This document shows, one piece after another, positions 33,085 through 43,644 of a DNA stretch of 43,782 bases. The stretch lies in the NCBI GenBank assembly GCA_943704415.1, contig CALSCO010000540.1, forward strand, positions 1 to 43,782, given 5' to 3'. This DNA is from Parvularia atlantis. Its lineage: Eukaryota. Below the pieces are notes generated by a model. It worked only from the letters and a program-made list of their open reading frames with translations, was not told the origin of the DNA and made no database searches. Numbering within the stretch: position 1 is the stretch's first letter; each line of letters opens with the position of its first letter. Position numbers and translations under genes: made by a program.

Positions 33085-34097
33085 ATGCTCGACGTGGCGC
33101 AGCTGCTGCCGCTGATCGCGACGCTGCTGGCCGGCCTCGCGCTCGTCGCCGTCGCGCTGATCGTCTTCGGGCGCGTGCCGCCCGCCCGATCGGCTGCCGA
33201 GCCGCGCGCGCTTGTGCCGCGCGAGACGTGGGTAACCTGCCCACTGCGCGCCGGGCCGGACGAGGCGACGCGCTGTGCGATGGCGCACCAGCAGGCCCTG
33301 CGTGTGCCGGCGGGCGGCGCGGCGTACGACGCGGAGCACGGCGACGAGGGCTGGGTGTCGCCCGACTGGGTGCGGCTCAAGGACAGCACGATGTGCGTCT
33401 TTGCGCGGCAGTCGCGCGTGATGGGCGGGGCGCGCTGGGACGGGCGGCTGTCGCTCGAGGCCAACGTCGTCCGGAGCATCCCGCTCCTGCTCCAGTTCAA
33501 CGACCGCGTCGACAGCGGCGCGGGCTACGACGCTTTCGTGATCGAGATCGAGGACGAGCGCTGCGGCGACACGATCGAGCACTTTGGCGAGACGGTGCGT
33601 TTGCCACGTCGACGCGCGCGCGCGCGCTCACGTCGATCAGGTCGCGCGCGTGCTCGAGACGCTCTCGATCTACGACCCGGCGCACGACCACGCCATGTTT
33701 GGGCCCATCCACCTCAACATGTGGAACTTCACCTTTGGCGGCGTGCGACACGCGTTCTTCATCAGCGCGCTCGCACCCGTGCGTGTCGCTTCGCAACGTT
33801 CGCCACAACAGCTGACGTACGACGACAACGGCGCAGTGCTACGGCCCGAGCCACTCGCGCTACGCGTACGGGTCCAAGAGCTCGTTCGTGCTGCTCCAGC
33901 CCGAGATCTCGTTCGAGCAGAAGGGCGTGCAGCTCGACCAGGACCCCAACTCGGTGCGGCACCTCATCCGCCGGCGCTTCACCCAGGCCGGCCAGCCGTA
34001 CGACGCGCGCGACCGCAAGACGTACACGATGCTCAACTGGATCGTGCGCCCGCTCAAGCACACGGACGAGGCGCTCGTATGGTGGGAGCGGCGGTGA
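33085..34097 (+). CDS. YqcI/YcgG-like protein with an N-terminal hydrophobic segment; the gene may begin upstream at ATG 32667
   Basis: MCVFA motif; WNFTFGG..FFISALAP|CYGPSHSRY; FVLLQPEISF; VRHLIRRRF; C-terminal WW. A branch point and acceptor (CTGAC...TAG) just before 33074 suggest upstream exons. Confidence 0.55.
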
Positions 34098-34142
34098 GCC
34101 TCTTGCTGCTGCTGCTGTTGCACAGAACACACTGCGGCAGTG

Positions 34143-34980
34143 CTACCCGTGCAGATGCGCCGCGCCGAGCTGCGGCGAGTGCGACGCGTCCTGCGTGCGC
34201 GCACTCAGCCGCAGCGGGAAGCGCGGCGGCGGCCAGACGCACCAGGCGCGGCCGCTTGACGAGCGCGTAGTCGACGTCCGGGTCGGTCGTCACGCCGGCG
34301 TCCTCGCCCAGCGGCCGGTCCTCTGCCGCGCCGTCAGCACACACGCGCGGCGGCGGGCGCGCGCGCGCACCTAGCCTCTCGAGCGCCGTGATGACCTCAA
34401 GGATGTCGGCGCGCGAGCCCCAGCGCGCGGTGTTGGCGCCGGCGATGCGCTTGTCCTCGCCCACGGGCAGCGACGCTGGCCACAGCCCGCCCAGGTCGTC
34501 CGTGTAGACGACGCCTGCCGCACCGCCCGCGCGATGAGCGTATGCGCGAAGTCGTGCCGCGCCCCGCCACCCTTCTGCGCGGCGAGCTCCTTGACGCGCC
34601 GACGCAGCTCGTTGCGCCGGCGGCTCGCGTCGCGCTGGTGCTCGCTCAGTGGTGGCGGCTGCGACGCGACGACCGGCATGCTCACTGCGCAGACGTCAGC
34701 CTGCTCGCGCTCGTCAAAGGCAGCGCGATGCGCACCGCCGAGGTAGCGCTGCGCCAGCGCGGCAAACTCCTCCGAGCGGAACAGGCGCGCCATCTCGGGC
34801 GTGGCGTGGAAGAACACGGGCCGCGTGCCGTCCATGACGAGTGCACCGGCGTGGACGCGCGCGACGCGGAAGCGGCCCATCAGGCGGCGCATCTGGCGCT
34901 GCGCCGCGACATCGGCCGGCTCGGATATGACGCCCTGTCCGACATCGATGCCCTCGACGATGCCGCCGCCGCCCACGCCG

Positions 34981-35018
<38 letters not shown>

Positions 35019-35113
35019 AACAGCAGCCACGTCCCTGCAGGGCGCGCAGCAGCACGGCGCGATCAGCGAGCGACAAGCCGTTACGACGGTCACGTGACGC
35101 ACTCCGGGTCCAT
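34143..35113 (-). CDS. Hypothetical protein (poly-Ala N-terminus), multi-exon
   Basis: ATG GAC CCG GA|intron|G GAC GTG gives MDPEDVAAV, and the remaining exons splice cleanly to TAG 34143-34145. Confidence 0.65.
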
Positions 35114-35139
35114 GGTGGGAATTCGCTGTGCCAGTGAGG

Positions 35140-37011
35140 ATGGAGGCGCCAGCTGAGCTGCTCGCGTCGTTGACGGCCGAGTGCGTCGCTCGTGGGCGCG
35201 GCCGGCGCGTGCTGCGGCGTCGTCTGACGTGTGGCGCGTGTGCGACGACGTGCCGCTGCGCAGTGTGCTGCTGAAGAAGAGCGTGCGGCGCTGCAACTGC
35301 CGCAACTCGCGCTGCCTCAAGCTCTACTGCGAGTGCTTCGCGAGCGGCGAGCAGTGCCACTCGGGTGCGGCGCCCTTGTCGCGGCTGTGACATCGACGGC
35401 TGGAACGTAAGGGGGGGGGGCGATCTCGCGCAGGATGCAGCTGCGTCTCGTGCAACAACAACCTCCGCAGCGAGGCCGAGCGCGTCCAGGCCGTGCTCGC
35501 CGTGCTCGAGAAAAACGCCGACGCGTTCCGCCCCAAGGCCGGCGCCGACGCCGCCGGCAACACGCGCAGTGCGTCGCCATGTCACGTCGCTAGGCGCACA
35601 CGCGCGCGAGAGCTTAGCAACGGGCCCCGCAGGCTGCAACTGCGTCCGCTCCGAGTGCCTCAAGCGCTACTGCGAGTGCTTCGAGGCGCGCGCACCATTT
35701 GATCGTTGCGGTATGGCTCTGACGCGCGCGTGAGAGCAGGCCAACGTCGAGTGCACCGACCGCTGCAAGTGCACCGACTGCAAGAACCGCGGCAGCACGT
35801 CGGCGACCGAGCTGCTCGATCTGACGCGTGCGTCGCAAACGACCGCTTTTTTTTTTTCCCCTGCGCGATTGACGTTTATCCGTCAGAGGACGGCAAGACG
35901 CTGCTCGGCAAGAAGCGCGGGCGTGGTGAAGGGGCGGACGCCGTGCGTGGCGCTGCACGTGCGATCGCGGCCGTGCTGAGTGCGCCCGTCGCGCAGGCAA
36001 AGTCGCCGCAGCGCTCGGTGCCTTCGTCGCCCGCGCGCCGCCCGGCGGCCAAGCGCTCGCGGTGCGCGCGCCTGCGGCTCACCACGCGTACACGCTCACA
36101 CTGTCGCGCGCAGGCGGCACGAGAACACACAGCTCGAGCGGTGCGGCACGCGCGGGTGATTGCGCAGCACGGCTTCATCCGTGCGCGCAGGACGCTGTTT
36201 GCGAGCGCGCTGCAGCCCGAGCACGTGCAGGTCGTGAGCGAGATGCTGGTGCAGGCCGCCCGCGAGGCCGAGCAGCGTGTGCAACGGCAGCTGGCGACGG
36301 CGCCCGGTGCGAGTGCCAGCGCCTTCGCTCGCGCCTGCGACTGACGCTGCGCACCCCCTCAGCAGCGGCCGCGACCGACGCCGCCGAGATGGACGCCGCG
36401 CGCGCCCTACCCAAGCGTGCGCAGCGGCAGCAGGCGGCTGGCGCGAACGGGACAGCGCTGCCCGAGAGCCTCATGTGCTTTGAAGACGACGACGCGCTCT
36501 CGCCGTCGGACGCGCCTGCGCCTGCGGTGTGCGCTGCAGCTGCTGCTGCTTGTGGCTGATCGTGCAGCTGTGTGCGCAGTCGATTGCGCCGCCGCGACCC
36601 GCCGCCAGCGGTCAGAACGCGCCGGCGATCGTCGGGTTCGTGCGCGCGTGCTCGCTGCGCCTGTGTCCGCTCACACGCGAGCACAGCCACCCACTGTACA
36701 TCGAGCAGGAGAAGGCCGTGCTGTCGACGATGCTCGACAGCCTCAACACGGTCATCGAGACGGTCGCGCGGCGGAGAGGTGCGCACTGTATGCGAAAGGC
36801 GAGGCCGCAACGTCTCATGCCCCGCTGTATTGCAGCGCAACTCGCGCGCCCGATCGACTGGTCGCCCGCACGTGTGCCGACGACGCCCGGTTCCGCGCGC
36901 GGCACGCGCAGCACGAGCGGCAGCATCGCCGACCTCTCGCGCGCCGCGGCCGCCGTGGCCGACGCCGACGCGTCCACGTTCTACCACTTTGTGTCGACAG
37001 CTCAGAAATAG
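35140..37011 (+). CDS. LIN54: CRC-domain (tesmin/TSO1/LIN54-like) DREAM subunit, multi-exon
   Basis: [17 protein letters not shown]...CSCVSCNN, linker [11 protein letters not shown], second [37 protein letters not shown], and C-terminal YIEQEKAVL. Confidence 0.88.
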
Positions 37012-37032
37012 CTCGCCGCGAGCGAGCCGTCA

Positions 37033-37033
<1 letters not shown>

Positions 37034-37064
<31 letters not shown>

Positions 37065-37076
37065 ACACACACACAC
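37034..37076. repeat. (CA)n microsatellite between convergent 3' ends
   Basis: Imperfect run of about 21 CA/AC units. Confidence 0.95.
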
Positions 37077-37087
37077 GTGCGAGCTGC

Positions 37088-37861
37088 TCACTGCGCCGCC
37101 TCGGGCGTCTGGAACAGGCCGATGAGGCCGACGTCGCGGAAGCCGTACGTCTCGTACAGCTTGCGGCCGTCCGGCGAGGCCTCGAGCGTGGCCGTGCGCA
37201 CGCCGGCGGCCTGGGCCGTGCGCAGGACGTGGCGTAGGACGAGCTCGCCGTAGCCCTGGCGCTGGTGCGAGCGCAGCGTGCCGACGACGTAGATGCCGAC
37301 GTTGCCGTCGTACGTGAGCGTGAGAGCGACCGAGACGAAGCGGCCGTCGGCGCCGCGCACGCCGTAGAGCTGGCGGCGCGCGTCGTCCGGCGCGCACGCG
37401 ATCGCCTTGGCGAAAACCGAGCTGTCGCCGTACGCGTCCTCGTTGACCTCGCCGAGCACGCGCAGCGTTGGCGCCTCAATCGCGTGCGCCGCATCGTCCA
37501 GACGGCCGGGCCGGGCCAGCGCCGCCAGCAGCGTCGCGTGGTCAAGCTCGACGCCCATCGCCGGCAGCGCCTCGTTCTTGACGCGCTCGCGGCCCGGCAC
37601 GGCGTCGGCGACCGTCCAGACCGAGCGCGGCAGCTGCGGGTCGTGCGGGTCCGACGGCGGCGCGGCGTCCAGCGGCACGACCACGCCGTCGAAGAACGGG
37701 TTGGCGCGGCCGGCGTCGAAGCGCGCGCCGATGGCGTCGGGGCGGTGCACGGCGTGGGCGACGCCGGGGAAGCCGGCCGCGGCCGCACCGGCGCCGAGCG
37801 ACGCGATGAACTCGCCACAGCTGCGCAGCGAGAGGCGCAACAGCTCACGGTCGGCGACCAT
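37088..37861 (-). CDS. Intronless GNAT acetyltransferase (257 aa), paralog A
   Basis: VGIYVVGTLRSHQRQGYG...ATLEASPDGRKLYETYGF, i.e. GNAT motifs A and B. ATG at 37859-37861. Confidence 0.9.
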   Translation of the reverse strand: MVADRELLRLSLRSCGEFIASLGAGAAAAGFPGVAHAVHRPDAIGARFDAGRANPFFDGVVVPLDAAPPSDPHDPQLPRSVWTVADAVPGRERVKNEALPAMGVELDHATLLAALARPGRLDDAAHAIEAPTLRVLGEVNEDAYGDSSVFAKAIACAPDDARRQLYGVRGADGRFVSVALTLTYDGNVGIYVVGTLRSHQRQGYGELVLRHVLRTAQAAGVRTATLEASPDGRKLYETYGFRDVGLIGLFQTPEAAQ

Positions 37862-38018
37862 CTCAAGAGCGCAGATGGGAAAGTGCAGGTGCCGAGGCGC
37901 ACGACGCGGCCTTCTTGAAGGGACGGCGAGGTTGTGTAACTGAACGGGCAGGTGACGCCGTTCACCGCGCGCCAACGATCGGCCGCGATCGGTGGCAGTT
38001 CAATCAAATTATGTGATC

Positions 38019-38858
38019 TTAGGAGGGGGGGCAACTCATCATCACAACGGCGGGCTGCGGGCCCGACTTCCACGTCGTGCTCGGGTGGCGGAAGCACGTG
38101 ACGACACCCACGCGGCGGAAGCCGAAGCGCTCGTACACGGGCCGGCCCTCCTCGGTCGCCTCGAGCGTCGCGGTGCGGAGGCCCTGCGCGCGGCCGTACT
38201 CGAGCGCGGCCCGGACGAGTCGCTCGGCGAGCCCGCGGCGGCGGTGGCTGGGCTCGGTCGCGACGAGGTGCAGGCCGAGGTTGTCGCCGACGACGAGCGT
38301 GAGCACGACGGCGACAAAGACGTCGCTTTCGGCGTCGCGAACGCCGAACGCGCGCAGCGCCCGGGCCTCGTCCGCCGTCAGCGCGCTCAGCGACCGCGCC
38401 AGCACGCCCTCCCAGTGGTAGACGTGCTCGTTGATCGCGCCCACGGTCAGCAGCGGCGGCGTCTCGATGCGCACGTCGGCCGCGCCGCGCATCGGCCGCG
38501 CGAGGGCCGCCGTCAGCACGTCGCCGTCGAGCTCGAGGCCCATCGCTGTCAGCGTCAGGACCTCGTCGTACTCGTGCTCGACCGCGCGGCCCGGCAGCTG
38601 GCCCACGCCCGCCCACAGCCAGCCGGGCAGCGCCGGGTCGTCGGCGGTCGGCGGCGCGGCGGCGTCGAACGGGACGACGGCGGCGTCGACAAACGGGTTG
38701 TGGGCGATCGGGGCGGTGATGTGCGCGCCCACGGCGTCGGCGCGGCGCACGACGGCCGTCACGCCGGGCAGGCCGTGCGTGCGCGCGCCCGTCGCGATCA
38801 GCGCCATGTACTCGCCGAAGCCGCGGAGCGAGCGGCGCAGCAGCTCTTGATCGTCCAT
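38019..38858 (-). CDS. Intronless GNAT acetyltransferase (279 aa), paralog B
   Basis: LGLHLVATEPSHRRRGLA...ATLEATEEGRPVYERFGF. Colinear similarity to paralog A over the whole length. Confidence 0.9.
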   Translation of the reverse strand: MDDQELLRRSLRGFGEYMALIATGARTHGLPGVTAVVRRADAVGAHITAPIAHNPFVDAAVVPFDAAAPPTADDPALPGWLWAGVGQLPGRAVEHEYDEVLTLTAMGLELDGDVLTAALARPMRGAADVRIETPPLLTVGAINEHVYHWEGVLARSLSALTADEARALRAFGVRDAESDVFVAVVLTLVVGDNLGLHLVATEPSHRRRGLAERLVRAALEYGRAQGLRTATLEATEEGRPVYERFGFRRVGVVTCFRHPSTTWKSGPQPAVVMMSCPPS

Positions 38859-38891
38859 TTGAGACGGAGCTGAGACGGATCTGACGCGCCG

Positions 38892-40460
38892 ATGTCGCAT
38901 GCGCACGACCACGCGCACGACCACGCGCACGACCACTCGCACGAGCACCACGAGCACGAAGATGCAGCCGCCGCGGCCGAGAGCGCGCACTTCCAGCGCG
39001 TCGTGGACGCGTTCGCGGGCTACGCCGCGTCCAACGGGCCGCGCTTCGACAAGGCGCTGTTGGACCACGACCGCATGGCCGAGGCGAGCGGGCTGCACGG
39101 TGCGGTGGCGCGCCTGCCATCGGGACGTGCGCGCTCAACGGCGCGCAGAGCTGCTGCCGCACTTCCGCGCCAAGATGCACATGCTGCGCGAGTGCGTCCT
39201 CGTCAACCAGCGCATGCTCGAAAACGTCGTCGCGCCGCACCACCAGCTCTTCGCCAACGCCGACGACGTGCGGCGTCGTGCCGCCCCGGGGGGGAGCCCG
39301 CGCGCTGATCGATCGCACCGCCGCGCAGCTCGTCGCCCAGCCGCCGCCCGCGCCGCGCCGCGCGTCCGAGCACGACGCCGAGAAGGTGCGCAGCACGCTG
39401 CGGCAGTGCGTGCGCGACTGGAGTGCGGAGGTACGGCGCGGTGCACGCATCCTGGCACATGTATCGTGTCGACATCCGCGCGCGCAGGGCCAAATCGAGC
39501 GCGACGAGTCGTACGGCCCGTTGCTAAACGAGCTTGTGCGGCGCTGCCCGCTGCAACGGTGCGCGTCGACGGTCCGCCGCTCACGGCGCGCGCTCACGGC
39601 GTGCGCACAGCGACCGCAAGGTGCGTGTGCTCGTGCCCGGCGCGGGCCTCGGCCGTCTTGCGCACGACATCGCCAGGCTTGGTGCGACGACGAACGTGCA
39701 CGCCGAGAGGCGGCCAACGCGTGCACACGCAGGGTACAGCTGCGAGGGCAACGAGTTTTCGTACTTTATGCTGCTCATGGGCGACTACCTCATGAACCGG
39801 TGCGCACGCGCCCCGCCGCATCCGTGCACCCCGCTCAGCCCCGCACGCGCCGCAGGTCGGAGGTCAACGGCGACGTCATCTTCCCCTACGTGCACCAGTT
39901 CTCAAACGTGCTCAGCCTGACCGACCAGACGCGGCGCATCTACGTGCCGGACGTGCAGCCGGGCGGGCTGCCGGAGAGCGCCGAGCTGTCGATGGTTGCG
40001 GGCGACTTCCTCGACGTGTACCGCGACCACGGCGGGCAGTGGGACTGCGTCGTGACGTGCTTCTTCGTCGACACGGCCAAGAACGTGGTCGACTACGTGC
40101 GCCTCATCCGGCACATCCTGCGGCCGGGCGGGTACTGGCTCAACCTAGGCGCGTTCGCCGCGAACGACAAAGCAGAGCACGGGCTGACGCCGCGCGCGGC
40201 AGGCCCGCTGCTGTACCACTACGAGGACATGCCCGGCGAGGCGTCGCTCGAGCTGTCGTACGAGGAGCTGCGCGCAGTGATCGCCGCGCTCGGCTTTGTG
40301 ATTGAGGTGCGGGCGGCGCTCCGTGCTGGCGCGGTCGCGGTGCTAATGGTCGCGCGCCGGGCAGGACGAGGGCCGCGTGCAGACGACGTACGCGGCCAAT
40401 CGCGCGTCGATGTACCAGACGCTGTACCACTGCGTGCGCTTCACGGCGCGCTCGCCCTAG
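38892..40460 (+). CDS. CARNMT1: Carnosine N-methyltransferase (N2227 family), multi-exon
   Basis: [71 protein letters not shown]. Confidence 0.93.
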
Positions 40461-40483
40461 TTGTAGCACAGCGCTTGGGATGA

Positions 40484-40687
40484 TCACTCGGCGCTCGCGG
40501 CGCCTGGCCCCTCGCCCAGCTTGCGCAGCTGCTCGAGCGTCGGCAGCACGGGCACGACGAGGTTGCCCTGCACCGACGGCATCGCGCGGTACGTCGCGAC
40601 GGTGCGCGCGTGCGCCATGGCGAGCGCCTGCTGCGACGACGCCGCGAGCTCTGACGGCTGAGGCAGAGGCGGTGGCACGGACGACAT
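40484..40687 (-). CDS. INIP: SOSS complex subunit C (INIP/C9orf80)-like microprotein, 67 aa, intronless
   Basis: QQALAMAHARTVATY...SVQGNLVVPVLP resembles, as recalled, the human INIP C-terminus (QKAALQHAH...SAFGNLILPVLP). GC3-rich codons, with an AT-rich TATA-like tract at ~40696-40706 upstream. Confidence 0.7.
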   Translation of the reverse strand: MSSVPPPLPQPSELAASSQQALAMAHARTVATYRAMPSVQGNLVVPVLPTLEQLRKLGEGPGAASAE

Positions 40688-40773
40688 CTGCTGAGTTATA
40701 TTTATCTGTGAGGCACATGACCTTCTGCTGAGAATCGCGGTAAGATTCGGTAGTTTACGGGAGAGACACAGCC

Positions 40774-43562
40774 ATGCTGCGCGCATCGTCGCTGTCGCGA
40801 GTCGTCAGCACGCGCGCGCCGCTGCTGCTGCTGGCGGGCGGCGGCGGCCCGGCGCGCGCGACCGCGCGGCTACTGCGGCTGCACCCGGTGCGTCCGGCTC
40901 GTCACGTGCGCTGTGGCGGTGGAGGCCGCGCTGACGTGCGCCACACGTGGGATGACGGCGGTGGCGGTGGCGAAGCAGCAGCAGCAGCAGCAGCAGCACG
41001 CGGCGGCGACGGCGCGCTTCGCGAGCACCGCGGCCGGCCCCGGCGGCGAGGGCGATGGCGAGCAGAAGCGGCGCAAGGCGCGTGCTTCGCGTCACGTGTG
41101 AGCGGCAGCTGCCTGACTCGCGCGCACACGAAGGACGCGGGCGAGAAGACGACGGTGCAGAAGGCGCTTGGGCTGTGGAAGATCCGCGAGGAGCGCGAGC
41201 ACGAGGAGGCACTGGCGGAGCAGAAAAACGTGCCGCTGCACGACGAGCACCACAAGGGCACGCTCTGGCAGAAGACCAAGGCGAGTTAAGGTCGCGCGTC
41301 ACGTGACCTCGCTGACCCAGTCTGCTGTGCTCAGGCCGTGCTGCACGAGTACTGGGTCGGCACGAAGCTGCTCGCGCTCGAGACAAACATCTCGTCGCGT
41401 CTCGTCGTCAGGCTGCTGCGTGGGCAGGAGCTGACGCGCCGCGAGCACAAGCAGCTCGTCCGCACCACCGCCGACATGTTCCGCCTCGTCCCGTTCATCA
41501 TCATCCTCATCGTGCCCTTTGCCGAGTTTGCCCTGCCGTTCCTCCTGCGCTTCTTCCCCAACATGCTCCCGAGCACGTTCGAGGGCAACCTGGCCAAGGC
41601 GCGTTGCCGTGCGCACGCACTCGCACGCACGCTCGGCTCACGATCGATACAGGAGGCCAAGAAGAAGAACCTGCTCAAGGCGCGCCTCGAGGTGGCCAAG
41701 TTCCTGCAGGACACGATGGAGGAGCTGCCGATGGACGGCTCGCGCGCGTCACAAAAGAACCGCTTCATCGAGAGCTTCCGCAAGGCGCGCGCAGCGCCGC
41801 ACGCGAGGCGCCCGCGCTTGGCGCCCTGACGCCAGCCGCACGCCAGCTGCGCGAGACGGGCGAGCAGCCGTCGACCGACGAGGTGCTCGAGTTTGCCAAG
41901 TTCTTCGAGGACGAGTTCACGCTCGACAACCTCAGCCACCAGCAGCTCGTCTCGCTGTGCAAGTTCCTCAACATCGGCAGTGCGCGCCTGCTGTCGTGAC
42001 GCGCTGGCGCTGGCGGGCTCACGCGTGCGACCCGGCAGCCATCGGCACCGACCCGTTCCTGCGCTACCAGCTTCGCTCGCGCTTCAAGCAGATCCGCGAG
42101 GACGACGTGCAGATCGCCAAGGAGGGCGTGGACTCGATGACCGTGCTGGAGCTGCAGCACGCCTGTACCCAGGTGCGCGCATGCGCCGACCATGCCGCGC
42201 CACATGCGCACTGATCGTACGCGCTGGCCCTGCAGCGCGGCATCCCGACGCTCAGCATGGGCACGTCGCGGCTGCGCAGCGAGCTCAAGCAGTGGATTGG
42301 TGCGCCCTTGGCGCGGGCGCTGCGACGGCCAGCGCGCTGACGCCATGGCACGCAGAGCTGGCGCTTGTGAAGGAGATCCCGCCGACGCTGCTGATTATGT
42401 CGCGCGCGGTCACGATGACGACGACGCACGCGTCGCTGCAGCAGGCGATCAAGGCGCTGCCGGACTCGGTTGTGCAGGTGCGCGGCTGATCGGGTGTACG
42501 CGCGCGGCAGTCTTACGCAAGTGCATGCGATCGCAGGAAGTCGAGCGCGACATCATGGAGGCCGGCGGCATCTCGTCCAACGAGCAGAAGCTGGCCGAGA
42601 TCGCGCAGGAGGAGAAGCGCATCTCGGCCGAGAACGCCGAGCTCAAGGCTGCCGAGAAGGACGCCAAGGCGCGCGCAGCCGAGATGATCGAGCGCGCGCG
42701 CCAGGGCTCCATCGACCTGGCCAAGTCGCGCGCGCTCGCGGCCGTGGGCAACCAGAACGCGACCGAAGAGCTGCGGCAGCAGATCTTCAAGGTCAAGAAG
42801 GAGGTGCGCTCCACGTGCTGCACGCATGCGAGCGAGCGCCGGCCCACACGCGCCGCCAGGTCTCGCTTACGGAGGAGCAGCTGATTGAGCTGGGCGAGGC
42901 CCTCGCCATCCTTGCCGCGCCCTCGCCAGTCTCGAAGGAGCGTGAGGAGCTTGAGGCGCTCAAGGACGACCGCAAGGAGTTCAGCGAGAACGTCCGCTCG
43001 CTCGCCAAGGCGTCGCAGCAGGAGATCTCCGAGTCGCGCGCGGCCAAGGTGCTCGGGAAGCGCGTCGACTCGCTCATCACCAAGCTCGAGTCGGAGCTCA
43101 AGCAGGTGCGCGTGCTCGCCAAACGCGCACCGGCTGACATGCCTGCAGGTCGAGATCGAGGTCGGCTCGAAGCTCAACATCATCCACCCGGACAAAGAGG
43201 GCGAGATCTCGCTGCAGGAGCTCGAGAAGGCGCTCAGCGCGATCAAGAGCAGGCCAACCGACCCGTCCAAGATGTCGGAGCTCGTCAAGAGTGCGCCTTC
43301 GCTGCGTGTGCACCCGGCCGCTGTGCTCACGCGCGCACCCGCCCGACGCAGCCCTCGACCGCAACGGCGACGGGCGCGTGTCGGTTGAGGAGCTCAAGCG
43401 GTGGGCTGCGGTGCTGGACGAGCAGGCGGTGCGCGCATGGCTTGCGTGTGCCCGGGCTGCGCTGATCGTGCCGGCGCGTAGGACGTGCCGCTGCCCAAGG
43501 ACGTGCACGAAGCGGCCGAGGAGGTGCGCAAGGCCACGAGCACAGGGGCCAACAAGGCATGA
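40774..43562 (+). CDS. LETM1: LETM1/Mdm38 mitochondrial inner-membrane protein with C-terminal EF-hands, multi-exon
   Basis: HEYWVGTKLL...LTRREHKQLVRTTADMFRLVPFIIILIVPFAEFALP...FPNMLPSTF; FEDEFTLDNLS; EF-hand-like PDKEGEISLQEL and DRNGDGRVSVEEL. Confidence 0.95.
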
Positions 43563-43644
43563 CGTGCACACGCATTGGCACTCGCTGTGCGTTGTCGACT
43601 TTGATTGAATGCGTCACTGCACTTGAAGCTAAGCACACTGATGT

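Noticed and set aside
37030..39726. 898-aa minus-strand ORF
   Set aside because: Arg/Ala-rich off-frame read across two GNATs and CARNMT1, ending in the CA repeat.
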